Source: Nitrososphaera sp.
GTDB lineage: Archaea > Thermoproteota > Nitrososphaeria > Nitrososphaerales > Nitrososphaeraceae
NCBI GenBank assembly: GCA_036554645.1
Contig: DATBMW010000092.1
Coordinates: forward strand, 510-64,509
Reading direction: 5' to 3'
Length of the DNA stretch: 64,000 bases
Part shown: piece after piece, positions 29,411 to 38,637 of the stretch
Layout: every line of letters begins with the position of its first letter
Position numbering within the stretch: position 1 is the stretch's first letter
Position numbers and translations under genes: made by a program
The notes under the pieces: generated by a model
Told to the model about the DNA's origin: nothing
Databases searched by the model: none
What the model saw: only the letters and a program-made list of their open reading frames with translations

Positions 29411-30238
29411 ATGAACACGAAGATTGCAGTCGCTGTCGGCATGGCGGCAATTTTTGCTGCAATGCTAATACCAATATCGACATCCGTCCCGGCCTTTGCT
29501 GCAACAGTAAACGTAGACATGGCACCAGGCGCTAGTACGAAAACCACGGACGCATACAGTCCTAATCCAGTTAATGTAAACGTTGGTGACACCGTAATAT
29601 GGACAAACAACGACCCGCCGAACACGCATACGGCAACCTCTGGAACTCCATCGGGAGGACCGGACGGCAAGTTTGGAGGTACCGCTGAAGCACCATTCTC
29701 AGTAATCATAGCGCCACGGGCGAGTTTTAATTACACATTCACTGAAGCAGGCGAATTCCCATACTATTGCACGCTGCACCCAGCCATGGTGGGCACAGTG
29801 ATGGTGGCAGGTAGCACCGGTCCGGCAGAATTTACCACTACAGCAACCCTTGATGGCAACGAATACGTGATAACCGGAAAATCCGAGACGATCAAGTCTG
29901 CAACAGCCGAGATTGAAGCCGGCGAAGCGGTGGCGGTGACCTTTGACACGGCTGGAGAAGTAGAGCTGACATTGCCAAAGTCAATGATCAGTGGCATCAA
30001 TGCGGTAATGGCCGGAGACGAGCAGGTAACCTTTGAGAAAGTGAGTGAGGACGACACAGCAACGACGATAAAGTTTACAGTGCCAGCGAGCGAAACAGAA
30101 ATCGACATAATGGGAACGATGGTTATTCCGGAATTCCCGGTCGTAGTGGCACTGATACTGGGAGCATCAATCGCTGCAATCATTGGATACACAAGATTCG
30201 CTAAAGGCAACACCACAGGCTTCTTTGGAAGAGTCTAA
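29411..30238 (+). CDS. Plastocyanin/cupredoxin-domain surface protein with PEF-CTERM anchor
   Basis: Signal peptide; GDTVIWTN, HTATS, YYCTLHPAMVG (type-1 Cu ligands H, C, H, M); C-terminal VIPEFP + TM + basic tail. Confidence 0.92.
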   Translation: MNTKIAVAVGMAAIFAAMLIPISTSVPAFAATVNVDMAPGASTKTTDAYSPNPVNVNVGDTVIWTNNDPPNTHTATSGTPSGGPDGKFGGTAEAPFSVIIAPRASFNYTFTEAGEFPYYCTLHPAMVGTVMVAGSTGPAEFTTTATLDGNEYVITGKSETIKSATAEIEAGEAVAVTFDTAGEVELTLPKSMISGINAVMAGDEQVTFEKVSEDDTATTIKFTVPASETEIDIMGTMVIPEFPVVVALILGASIAAIIGYTRFAKGNTTGFFGRV

Positions 30239-30264
30239 CTCTTCTTTTCTCCTTTCTTTTTTGT
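30239..30264 (+). terminator. T-rich archaeal intrinsic terminator
   Basis: CTCTTCTTTTCTCCTTTCTTTTTTG directly after the cupredoxin stop. Confidence 0.5.
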
Positions 30265-30270
30265 TAATTC

Positions 30271-30786
30271 ATGACCTCACGCGTCATGTCTTTGCGATGC
30301 CTGTTCCTCGCATTGATGACCCCAATCATAGCCAGCGCTGTGATATTCACGCTTTCAATGGGTCAAGCGGCTGCTCAGCAGCAGATCAGCCTTGAAGCCC
30401 TGAGCGATCAGGGAACATTCATAGTTGAAATGACATGGACTCCCGACGACATCGGCCACGATAATACATTTTCAATCAGATTCATCGAGCCGGAGACGAG
30501 TGCCGAATTAGAAGACATGGAATACGACATCATGGTCTATGAAGAAAGTGGCAGTCAAGAACTCAGGAGGGTAGATCAGACCGCCAGCGAGCAGCGATTC
30601 AGCTTTGAAGAGCCGGGCTCGTACACCATCAGGATAGACGACATAGACGGTCTCGGCGAAGGTGCATCCTTTCCTATACAAGTAACGCCAGAATTTCCAG
30701 CTGGGGTGCTGGGGGTAGTTGCAGGATTGATGGGTGCCATCGCAATACTTGCCCGTCGGAATAGCAACAATTTATTTAGGTTCTAG
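30271..30786 (+). CDS. PEF-CTERM surface protein with YtkA/FixH-like Ig domain
   Basis: Signal peptide; FSFEEPGSYTI; QVTPEFP + TM + RR. Confidence 0.8.
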   Translation: MTSRVMSLRCLFLALMTPIIASAVIFTLSMGQAAAQQQISLEALSDQGTFIVEMTWTPDDIGHDNTFSIRFIEPETSAELEDMEYDIMVYEESGSQELRRVDQTASEQRFSFEEPGSYTIRIDDIDGLGEGASFPIQVTPEFPAGVLGVVAGLMGAIAILARRNSNNLFRF

Positions 30787-30800
30787 TCCACCCAACAGCT

Positions 30801-31325
30801 ATGGGCAACAACGGCTATTCGGTTGCGGCGCTTTTGACTGCTATTCTTGTTGCCGGCATTCTGCCGTCAGCCTATTCGCAGGAGTCTGGAGCAAGCATGA
30901 CAAAGCCCCTGAGCGGCGGGTCGCTAGACATAATGCTAGAACCAATAATCAGCAATTCTACCGACGTAAGATTCAAGGTGGCGTTTCTGAATCCCAATTC
31001 AACTACTCTGCACGAACACCAGGACTATGACTTTGTTATCAAGCAGGGTGAAAGCGAGATCTTTAGTGCAGCACGGGTTCTCAATCAGCCTCTCATTCAC
31101 AACGTTGAAGGGACGATAATGGTTCCATACAAGTTCTCCGAGAACGGCGAGTATACGGTCGAAGTCAGGGTCCTTGGTCTTGGTTTTCCGCCGATCCCAA
31201 TAAATCCTGAAACCGCCACGTTTCCAATACAAGTAACTCCGGAATTTCCGGCCAGTGCGATAGGCGCGGTAGCAGCATCTATGGGTGCAGTCACAGTTAT
31301 GATGCGCAGGTTCCGGCTGTTCTAG
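30801..31325 (+). CDS. PEF-CTERM surface protein with YtkA/FixH-like Ig domain
   Basis: Signal peptide; HEHQDYD, YKFSENGEYTV; QVTPEFP + TM + RRFR. Confidence 0.8.
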   Translation: MGNNGYSVAALLTAILVAGILPSAYSQESGASMTKPLSGGSLDIMLEPIISNSTDVRFKVAFLNPNSTTLHEHQDYDFVIKQGESEIFSAARVLNQPLIHNVEGTIMVPYKFSENGEYTVEVRVLGLGFPPIPINPETATFPIQVTPEFPASAIGAVAASMGAVTVMMRRFRLF

Positions 31326-32014
31326 GCCCTTTCCCTGCTTCGGGAGAGAGCCACTACTCCTATTACGATGCCTGCTACTCCGACTCCGACGCCTACCATG
31401 CCAAAGAGGTAAGCCCTGTCAGCCGCGGACTTCAGCTCTGAAGCCGACTCTGTTGCAGCCAGCGCCGCCTCCTTAGCCTCCTCGGACGATGTTACCGCCG
31501 TATCGATCTGACCGCTAAGGTCTGCTATCGCTTCCTGGAATTGCTGCAGAAAGTCTGGTGGAATGGGATTTCCGCCGTTACCGGTTGCCGGTGGAAACTC
31601 TATCTGCCTTGTGTCTTCGACATCTTCAATCTCGACCTGGCAGTCATAGGCTTGTCCAGCAACAGTGCCAGTCATGACTACCGCGTATTGTCCTGTCTGC
31701 GTCGGAAGGATCTCTGCGTCATAGGTTCCGGGCTCTTCTGTCGGTAGAAATTCAAGCGCCTTTGTAAGCGTCCCTTTCTTGACGGTCACTTCAAGTTGAG
31801 CCAGGGCGTTTGCTATGGCCTGGTCACTGGAGATCCTTGTAATCTCTAGCTCTATGCCGTTAAGCTGGCCGACAAGGGGCGGTTCGCTTACCCAGCCACC
31901 TACGACCCTGATGTCACCGCGTTCGCATTCATTGTGGGCCGACGCGGAAGGAAGGCTGGTAAAACTGGTAATCAAAAGAGAGAGCACAACGATTGGCAGG
32001 ACAACTTTTTTCAT
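31322..32014 (-). CDS. Exported YtkA-like protein with helical stalk and C-terminal TM anchor
   Basis: Signal ASA|HNEC; EEPGTY, PTQTGQY; Ala-rich helix; C-terminal TM + SRSRER. Confidence 0.8.
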   Translation of the reverse strand: MKKVVLPIVVLSLLITSFTSLPSASAHNECERGDIRVVGGWVSEPPLVGQLNGIELEITRISSDQAIANALAQLEVTVKKGTLTKALEFLPTEEPGTYDAEILPTQTGQYAVVMTGTVAGQAYDCQVEIEDVEDTRQIEFPPATGNGGNPIPPDFLQQFQEAIADLSGQIDTAVTSSEEAKEAALAATESASELKSAADRAYLFGMVGVGVGVAGIVIGVVALSRSRERA

Positions 32015-32117
32015 TCATCATGATTCATCGTGCAATATTTATAATCTTTAGCCGAACTTCGGTGTTTGTACCACAAAACAAGCAAGAGTCAAATATAGTG
32101 GAGGGCACATTTTACTT

Positions 32118-35024
32118 ATGGCTTCTGGCGGCCTTCTGCGGCCCCGCTATGTTCTCGCTTTTTCGACGGCGGTAATAGTGCTGATGTTTGTACCCAGTCT
32201 GGTCCAACCGTCCTTTGCTCACGCCGCCTATCTCGATTCATCCCCAAGGGCATTTCAAAGCATACCTGGATCGCCGGCAGAAGTCAATGTTTTCTTTAGC
32301 GAGCCAATCGAGCTGAGCTACAGCAAGATCTCTGTCCTGGGGCCGGCAGGGAGCCGGGTGGACATGAACGACCCCCACCAAGTCGCAGGAGACACTGCTT
32401 CAATAGGAGTCACGATACAGCCTGGACTACCCGAAGGCGTCTACACGGTAAGCGCCAGAGTTCTCTCTGCAGTCGATGGCCACGTAACCTCTGAGACTTT
32501 TACCTTTGGTGTGGGTACCACGGTGCCCCCTGATGCCCCGCAGCAAAGAGACATCATATCGCCTGAGGAAACCGCGTCAAGGTTCCCGGGGATGGTAGGA
32601 CAGGTGATGGCGGTCGGCGCGGCATTCGGGGCACTTTGGATCTGGAAGCCGATAGGCAGGGTGCCGTGGCTCGAGGCAGCACTTTCTCAGTCAAGGGTCC
32701 GAATTGACAGGGCAATGATGAAAGTCATCATTGTCGGTGCGTGCCTGATCCTTGCATCGGGAGTTGCGATGATAATAATACAGGCTATCTCTATAGAAGC
32801 GAGTGTTCCAGAAGCTATTGCCACGAGGTTTGGCAATGTCTGGATAACTCGGATGCTCCAGTCTTCGATACTTTTAGGGATCGCAGCCGCTGTTCACCAC
32901 AGGCTGGCCAAGAACAATACCACTGCAGCCAAGGCAGAGCTTTACGCGATGCTTATCATCGGACTTGCAGTGCTGGTTACTTCAAGCCTCATCGCCCACG
33001 CGGCAGCCACCGAGCAGGTAGCGGCAATAGTACTTGACTTTTTCCACAACACGGCAGCCTCGATATGGATAGGCGGGTTGGTATTGCTTGGCTTTGCCGT
33101 GGTACCAAAGTTGCTCGCGGTCAAGGACGAGAGAACAAGATCAGCATCGCTTTCATTGCTGATTCCACGATTCTCTATAATCGTGGTGACGCTGCTTGGC
33201 ATCGCGGTGATAACCGGTCCCCTCCTGCTGTCAATGATTGAAAGCGACCTTTCGCTTACGCTGGCCTCATTCTACGGCCAGGTACTTGCAGTCAAGCTCG
33301 CCCTGGCGGGAGTTATGGTCGCGATGGGGGCGTACTCGCAGTTTGTGGTACAGAAAAAGGCAGTTGAAGTAATGAATGGAGGAGCACAACTGGCAGCTCC
33401 GAGGCTCAGGCATTATGACAAGACGCTCAAGGCAGAGGCGGCGGTGGGAATTGCGCTCTTGTTCGCCGTGTCAGTAATGGCAAATGGGACGCTGCCCTCG
33501 GGCCAGTTTCCGGCATATCAGCAGGAGGCGGGGGATCAGGAAGCCTTTGCCGAGGAGCTGGATACTACCTTTGTGCGAACTGTCTACAACACCGAAGGCC
33601 GGATCCACATTTCGATAGCGCCGTTTGCCGTGGGTCAGAACAACTTTACGATCTCCTTCGTGGATCGGCAAGGCAACGATGCCACGGGGCTAGAGTCCGC
33701 CACCATGAAATTGACGCAGATTGAAAGGGGGATCGGTCCAATTACAGTCGAGCTGACGAAAAAATCTCCCGGCGTCTTTGGGGCGAATGCGGCGTTTAGC
33801 CTCTCCGGTGTGTGGGCGATGGAAATAGAAGGCGTCAACACCCAGGGCAGTAACATGCTCGCGGCAGTCGATGTAAATGTAAAGCCTTCGATCGGCGATC
33901 TAGAGTTCGCTGTCGAGGAATACAGGACGCCGGACAGGAGCCTTCCGCTGTTTCCGCTCTTTGACGCGCAGAGGCAGTCGATGTGGGCGGGCGACACGCT
34001 TCCAGGCAGTGGAAGGATCTGGCAGCTTGACATCGAAACGGGAAACTATACGGCTCATACAGTGGAAGGCGCCAACCTGATTACCCAGACCGTACTCACT
34101 CCCGAAGGCAGTCTCTGGTTCATTGATCCTGTAAACGGAATATTGGGTCTGTACGATCCAGAGACCAGTTCCACAACAAATTTCGAGATCCCCGAGGATG
34201 GAGTGCTATCTGGGCTTGCTATGGACGCCAATGGCAACCTCTGGGTTCCGGTGGTCCAGGCGAACAAGGTAGTCCGGTTCGATCCGGCAACCGAACAGTT
34301 CTCCTCTTTTGAAATCCCAACCCGCGGCTCCATTCCAGTCGGGATTGCCGCGGACGGGCGGGGCAATATCTGGCTTGCAGAGGCCGCCGGCAGCATTGCC
34401 ATGATAGATCCTGCTAACGGCAATATTACAGAGTACAGGCCGACAATCCAAAGGATGGAGCTTGACGAACCTTCCGCAGTTTTTCCTGACCCTAGGGGGG
34501 CTGGCATCTTTATTTCAGAGCATGGCGGCCACACAATTTCGGCCTACAACCCAATGCTTGGCACTTTTCGCAAGTATCCCGTAGTGAACGAAGCCGGTCT
34601 GCCGTTTGGCATGGCCATGGACAGCTACGGCTACCTCTGGTTCGCACAGCACGAAATAGACCGGATAGGTGTGATAGATCCCAGGACCGGCGCTTCGACG
34701 GAGGTCAGAATACCGATTGCGGGTTCATTCATCCAGTGGATCACCTTTGACGACAAAGGGAGGATATGGTTTGCTGCGCAGCGAGGCGCATCTCTTGGAA
34801 GCATCACAATAACTGCAAAGCCGCCTTCGCCTGTGCCTGGCGACGGCAACGGCCAACAGGGAGATGGCAGGCCCGATCCTATCCCGCAGCTTGGATTTTC
34901 GCTGCCAGATGTCGCTGGACCCGCCATAGCGGGTGGGATAATCATAAGCGCGCTTGCCTTTACAAAAAGCACCGTGGATCTAAGGCGAAACGTCCGACAT
35001 GCTCTTCGTCTAGGGAATTCCTAG
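32118..35024 (+). CDS. Copper uptake fusion protein CopC-CopD-YtkA-Vgb-like beta-propeller
   Basis: SFA|HAAYLDSSP, FSEP, SAVDGH (CopC); AHAAA, FFHNTAASIWIGG, RFS, ITG, YGQVLAVKL (CopD); seven propeller repeats; C-terminal TM. Confidence 0.9.
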   Translation: MASGGLLRPRYVLAFSTAVIVLMFVPSLVQPSFAHAAYLDSSPRAFQSIPGSPAEVNVFFSEPIELSYSKISVLGPAGSRVDMNDPHQVAGDTASIGVTIQPGLPEGVYTVSARVLSAVDGHVTSETFTFGVGTTVPPDAPQQRDIISPEETASRFPGMVGQVMAVGAAFGALWIWKPIGRVPWLEAALSQSRVRIDRAMMKVIIVGACLILASGVAMIIIQAISIEASVPEAIATRFGNVWITRMLQSSILLGIAAAVHHRLAKNNTTAAKAELYAMLIIGLAVLVTSSLIAHAAATEQVAAIVLDFFHNTAASIWIGGLVLLGFAVVPKLLAVKDERTRSASLSLLIPRFSIIVVTLLGIAVITGPLLLSMIESDLSLTLASFYGQVLAVKLALAGVMVAMGAYSQFVVQKKAVEVMNGGAQLAAPRLRHYDKTLKAEAAVGIALLFAVSVMANGTLPSGQFPAYQQEAGDQEAFAEELDTTFVRTVYNTEGRIHISIAPFAVGQNNFTISFVDRQGNDATGLESATMKLTQIERGIGPITVELTKKSPGVFGANAAFSLSGVWAMEIEGVNTQGSNMLAAVDVNVKPSIGDLEFAVEEYRTPDRSLPLFPLFDAQRQSMWAGDTLPGSGRIWQLDIETGNYTAHTVEGANLITQTVLTPEGSLWFIDPVNGILGLYDPETSSTTNFEIPEDGVLSGLAMDANGNLWVPVVQANKVVRFDPATEQFSSFEIPTRGSIPVGIAADGRGNIWLAEAAGSIAMIDPANGNITEYRPTIQRMELDEPSAVFPDPRGAGIFISEHGGHTISAYNPMLGTFRKYPVVNEAGLPFGMAMDSYGYLWFAQHEIDRIGVIDPRTGASTEVRIPIAGSFIQWITFDDKGRIWFAAQRGASLGSITITAKPPSPVPGDGNGQQGDGRPDPIPQLGFSLPDVAGPAIAGGIIISALAFTKSTVDLRRNVRHALRLGNS

Positions 35025-35111
35025 CGATCGAAATAGAGGATCCGTGACTCCTTATCATTTCGGGGTCTGTACCAGTCCGCTTATTAGAGGGGCACCCTCA
35101 CTATCTGTTGT

Positions 35112-35519
35112 ATGCAAAAGGGCAGCGCTGGAGTGCCCGCGCAGGAGTCTGTGAGCAAGCCGATAATGCTCGGCCTGATTACGGCCATTGTTATCGGTGT
35201 CGTGGCCCCAATAGTCATGCCCCATCTCGTGCACCCGTCGATGATCTATCATATCACGCTTCACCTCGCCAGCCTGACCATCGCAATCTTTCTGAGCATC
35301 GTTTCGCTTCTTGCCTACGCAAGGACCACTGGCATGCGTCTGCTGTTCATGACAATCGGGTTCATGGCACTTGCTGTAGTTGAGCTCCTCTACCTGCTCG
35401 ACGCGTCGGCCCTTGTCAGCATGTTTGACATTTCCGCATTGAATATCGAGTTGCCACATGTTATCCTGCTGGGAATGCTGGCCATGTTCGGCCTGGGTGT
35501 GCTCAAGGTGAACAAGTAG
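35112..35519 (+). CDS. His-rich four-TM membrane protein
   Basis: Four hydrophobic helices; MPHLVHPSMIYHITLH; LLAY.R, GF, LPH. Confidence 0.78.
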   Translation: MQKGSAGVPAQESVSKPIMLGLITAIVIGVVAPIVMPHLVHPSMIYHITLHLASLTIAIFLSIVSLLAYARTTGMRLLFMTIGFMALAVVELLYLLDASALVSMFDISALNIELPHVILLGMLAMFGLGVLKVNK

Positions 35520-35520
35520 C

Positions 35521-36033
35521 TTGCAGGTTCCAGAAACAGCAGACACCAAGGGACTTCTCTTGCAGCAAATAGTCCAGAACCCCGGGATACGCTACCGTGA
35601 GCTCATGAGGCTCAGCGGGCTTGCTAACGGGGTACTTGCGTATCACTTGTCATCGCTTGAAAGGTCGGATCTTGTAAAAGTGGACAGAAAGTCCCGAATG
35701 ACGCGATACTACCCGCTCAGCATCTCGGACGACGAATCAGCTGTCCTAAAGTACATCAGGCACGAACCCATCAGAAAGATACTGCTATTCATTTTCGATC
35801 ACGAGTTGTGCACCTTTTCCGAAATCGTCGAATACACCGGAAAGGCCCCTTCTACTATTTCGCTGCACCTAAAGAGACTCAAAGAAGGCGGGATAGTAAT
35901 CGTGAGGCATGGGGAGTACCGCCTCTACAGGCTCGCCGACAGAGAGCTGGTGGCCGACGTGCTCTCAAAGTACAAATCCAGCTTTGTGGACAGATTGGTC
36001 GACAGCTACGCCGAGACGGTAGAAGAACTATAA
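35521..36033 (+). CDS. Double winged-helix (ArsR-like) transcriptional regulator
   Basis: NPGIRYRELMRLSGLANGVLAYHLSSLE and TFSEIVEYTGKAPSTISLHLKRLKEGGIV. Confidence 0.88.
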   Translation: MQVPETADTKGLLLQQIVQNPGIRYRELMRLSGLANGVLAYHLSSLERSDLVKVDRKSRMTRYYPLSISDDESAVLKYIRHEPIRKILLFIFDHELCTFSEIVEYTGKAPSTISLHLKRLKEGGIVIVRHGEYRLYRLADRELVADVLSKYKSSFVDRLVDSYAETVEEL

Positions 36034-36057
36034 GCCGGTAGCGAAAACATTGGAAAG

Positions 36058-36579
36058 TTGCAGCCACGCGGATTGCTTCTTGTTTTTTCTATTGTGACAG
36101 GAATCCTGATTCTTGGCGGCGAAGCTTTCGCAGACCCGCTACTAAACGCCAGCAAGCAAAGAATAGGAAACTATGATTTCGAAATGACCACTGAGCCGGC
36201 AAGTCCGGTCGTCGGGAGCCCGGCAAAGATCCTGCTGCGAATGGCGGGAGTCAACGGCGACGATCTTGTCGACGTTCCGATATCAGTCAGGATCGTAAAG
36301 GATGGCGTGGAGCTCCACAGAACCACCCCAGTAGTTGTCCCATATGGTCACCACACAATCGACTATGCGTTTCCGGAAACCGGGCGATACGTGCTCTATG
36401 TAGATCTAAAGGACTATGCCTACAGCGGGGAAACACTGACCTTTACCTTCCTTCTGAATATCGCCGGTCCGCTTGACTATCTCGGCGTGGTGGTTCCCGT
36501 GCTGGGTGGCGGTGCATCTGCGGCCGTCATCGCAGTGCTAATGATGAAGAAAAGAAAGCGAATGGCAAGTCCAGAGTAG
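36058..36579 (+). CDS. Exported YtkA/FixH-like protein with C-terminal TM anchor
   Basis: Signal AFA|; EPASPVVG, YGHH, YAFPETGRY; TM + KKRKR. Confidence 0.8.
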   Translation: MQPRGLLLVFSIVTGILILGGEAFADPLLNASKQRIGNYDFEMTTEPASPVVGSPAKILLRMAGVNGDDLVDVPISVRIVKDGVELHRTTPVVVPYGHHTIDYAFPETGRYVLYVDLKDYAYSGETLTFTFLLNIAGPLDYLGVVVPVLGGGASAAVIAVLMMKKRKRMASPE

Positions 36580-36730
36580 TGTCGTTGCATCGGGTCGGCC
36601 AGGCGGCCCCAGCTACACGCAACGAACATGTCGTCAGGCAAGCGCTATAGAGTGGGGAGTGTGGAAATTGCGTGCGTTCGTAATGCACCACTCGCATGAT
36701 TGAAATATGCATCTTGTAAGAATTTCATGA

Positions 36731-37252
36731 ATGCGGAGGATTCTCTTCCTGCTGCCGATCATAACCCTAATCTGCGTCCATGCCAGCAGCGCTCAAGGGC
36801 ATTTCTTCGGAGAAACTAAATACGTAGACGAATACCAGATTACTTTCGCGCCATCCCCTTCAATTCCTCAGGTCGGCAGCAACACCACATATCTCAACTT
36901 TAGCGTCCTTCAGAACAATACAAACATTTTTGGCATCTATTCTGCAGTCGTGATATCCGAAAAGAATTCGGGCCAGCCAGTAGAACAAATTCCGTACAAT
37001 CTGTACGAGTACAGCGACATTACGATTCCTTACATTTTTCAAAAAGCCGGCCTATACGTGGTTACGCTTCAGACCAGGGTGCCCGGAGATGAAAAGTACC
37101 AGACAACGCCACTTCTCGCAAGCTTTGATCTCTTGGTTGAAAGTCCAGGCCAGCTAATGCCGATCGATGAATTGATGCTGTACTTCGTTACGCCGGCAGC
37201 CATCGTTATTACAGGAATTGCCATCTACCTTCATTCCCGAAAAAAGATCTGA
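36731..37252 (+). CDS. Exported YtkA/FixH-like protein with C-terminal TM anchor
   Basis: Signal AQG|HFFG; PSIPQVG, YIFQKAGLY; TM + RKK. Confidence 0.8.
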   Translation: MRRILFLLPIITLICVHASSAQGHFFGETKYVDEYQITFAPSPSIPQVGSNTTYLNFSVLQNNTNIFGIYSAVVISEKNSGQPVEQIPYNLYEYSDITIPYIFQKAGLYVVTLQTRVPGDEKYQTTPLLASFDLLVESPGQLMPIDELMLYFVTPAAIVITGIAIYLHSRKKI

Positions 37253-37280
37253 GGAATTCGGTGAATGTACTATAACACTA

Positions 37281-37293
37281 ATTAACGGTTAAT
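37281..37293. promoter_or_regulatory. Short palindrome just before the start codon
   Basis: ATTAAC-G-GTTAAT between TATA-like TATAAC and ATG 37299. Confidence 0.35.
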
Positions 37294-37298
37294 GCCCA

Positions 37299-38516
37299 AT
37301 GGAATCTGAATTGAAGGCAAGGAGCATTTCCGTTCTGATGGTGGCCAGTTTCACAGTTTTCGGGCTTGCCTACACATCAAACTCTGCTTATGCCCATGAT
37401 TTTTCTGGCGATGAAAGTGCATCGTTTCTAGCCCTCGTTGAAAGTATCAAAGTCGAGCTCGCGCTGGTTCATACCAACGCCCCATCCAACGCGACACTTG
37501 CGCTGAAGCATGCCGAGCATGCTCACAATCACCTTGATGAGCACATCATCGAGGAAATAGCCGAGAGGAACGAAAGGCTCGGCAGGGATCTTCCCGCTGC
37601 ACTTGAAGAACTGCACGATTCGGTCGGAAGTGCTGCAGAGGAAGAAGTAGCTACCAAGGTTCAAGAGATAAACGACCTACTTGCAGAGGTTGTCATCGTC
37701 AGGATCGATAACGAACAGAGAAATAACGTTACTGTGTGGGCATTGACATTGGCTACGATGGCAGACGGAGTTAGCGAACACTACAGAGCCGCATACGGTG
37801 CAGAGACAGGCGGAGGCGGGCATGGACACGATGAGCATACCAGCATGGGCGATCACGGTGAGATTATGGATTTCGCGCATTATCAGAGCTCCCTGGGGCT
37901 TGCAAACAGGACTCTTCATCTGTTCAACGATCAAGTGAAAAGTCTCCGGCCCATAGTATCGGTAATCGCGTTAGTGGACCTCGAAGAAGGTCTTGAACAT
38001 CTGGTAGCGGCTGTTGAGGAAAAAGAAACGACCGCCGATGTCGAACTGATTCTTCACTCACAGGTTCATCCCAATCTTCAAAAGGCATACGGCCTGAAAT
38101 TAGATTCGCACCCTGGCAGCGAAACCACCATCAAGAAAACGATAACGCTTGATGGCAAGACATACGAGGTGACTGGCAAGTCCGCTGGAGCGAACCTTAC
38201 TGCAATCGATATCGATCCAGGCAAATCAGTGAAGCTGACTTTCGAGGGCTCGGGCGAGGTGGAACTTTCGCTGCCCGCGACAATGATCGAAGGGATCAAC
38301 ATGGTAAGGACAGCAGACGGGCACGAAATCAAATATACCACGAATCAGACGATCTCTTCAACTACGATAATGTTCATGTTGGACAAGGATATGCCATCCA
38401 TAGAAGTCATGGGAGCAATGGTGGTTCCAGAATTCCCCCTGTCGCTATTGATAGTATTTCCTGCGATTGTCGCGACAATAGCTTTGACTAGAACAAGGCT
38501 GCTTGGTAGAAAGTAG
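37299..38516 (+). CDS. His-rich helical PEF-CTERM surface protein
   Basis: Signal AYA|HDF; HAEHAHNH, GHGHDEHTSMGDH; beta stalk shared with the 29411 protein; VVPEFP + TM. Confidence 0.85.
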   Translation: MESELKARSISVLMVASFTVFGLAYTSNSAYAHDFSGDESASFLALVESIKVELALVHTNAPSNATLALKHAEHAHNHLDEHIIEEIAERNERLGRDLPAALEELHDSVGSAAEEEVATKVQEINDLLAEVVIVRIDNEQRNNVTVWALTLATMADGVSEHYRAAYGAETGGGGHGHDEHTSMGDHGEIMDFAHYQSSLGLANRTLHLFNDQVKSLRPIVSVIALVDLEEGLEHLVAAVEEKETTADVELILHSQVHPNLQKAYGLKLDSHPGSETTIKKTITLDGKTYEVTGKSAGANLTAIDIDPGKSVKLTFEGSGEVELSLPATMIEGINMVRTADGHEIKYTTNQTISSTTIMFMLDKDMPSIEVMGAMVVPEFPLSLLIVFPAIVATIALTRTRLLGRK

Positions 38517-38637
38517 CAGACTATTCCAGGATACGCCGGTCAATCACCTCTGAACAAAAAGCTATATCTGTCTGAATCGCCGCGAGATCAGTATCTCTCG
38601 CCAAATCTTTATCTTGCCTTTCTGTAGCAGAAGCTGC

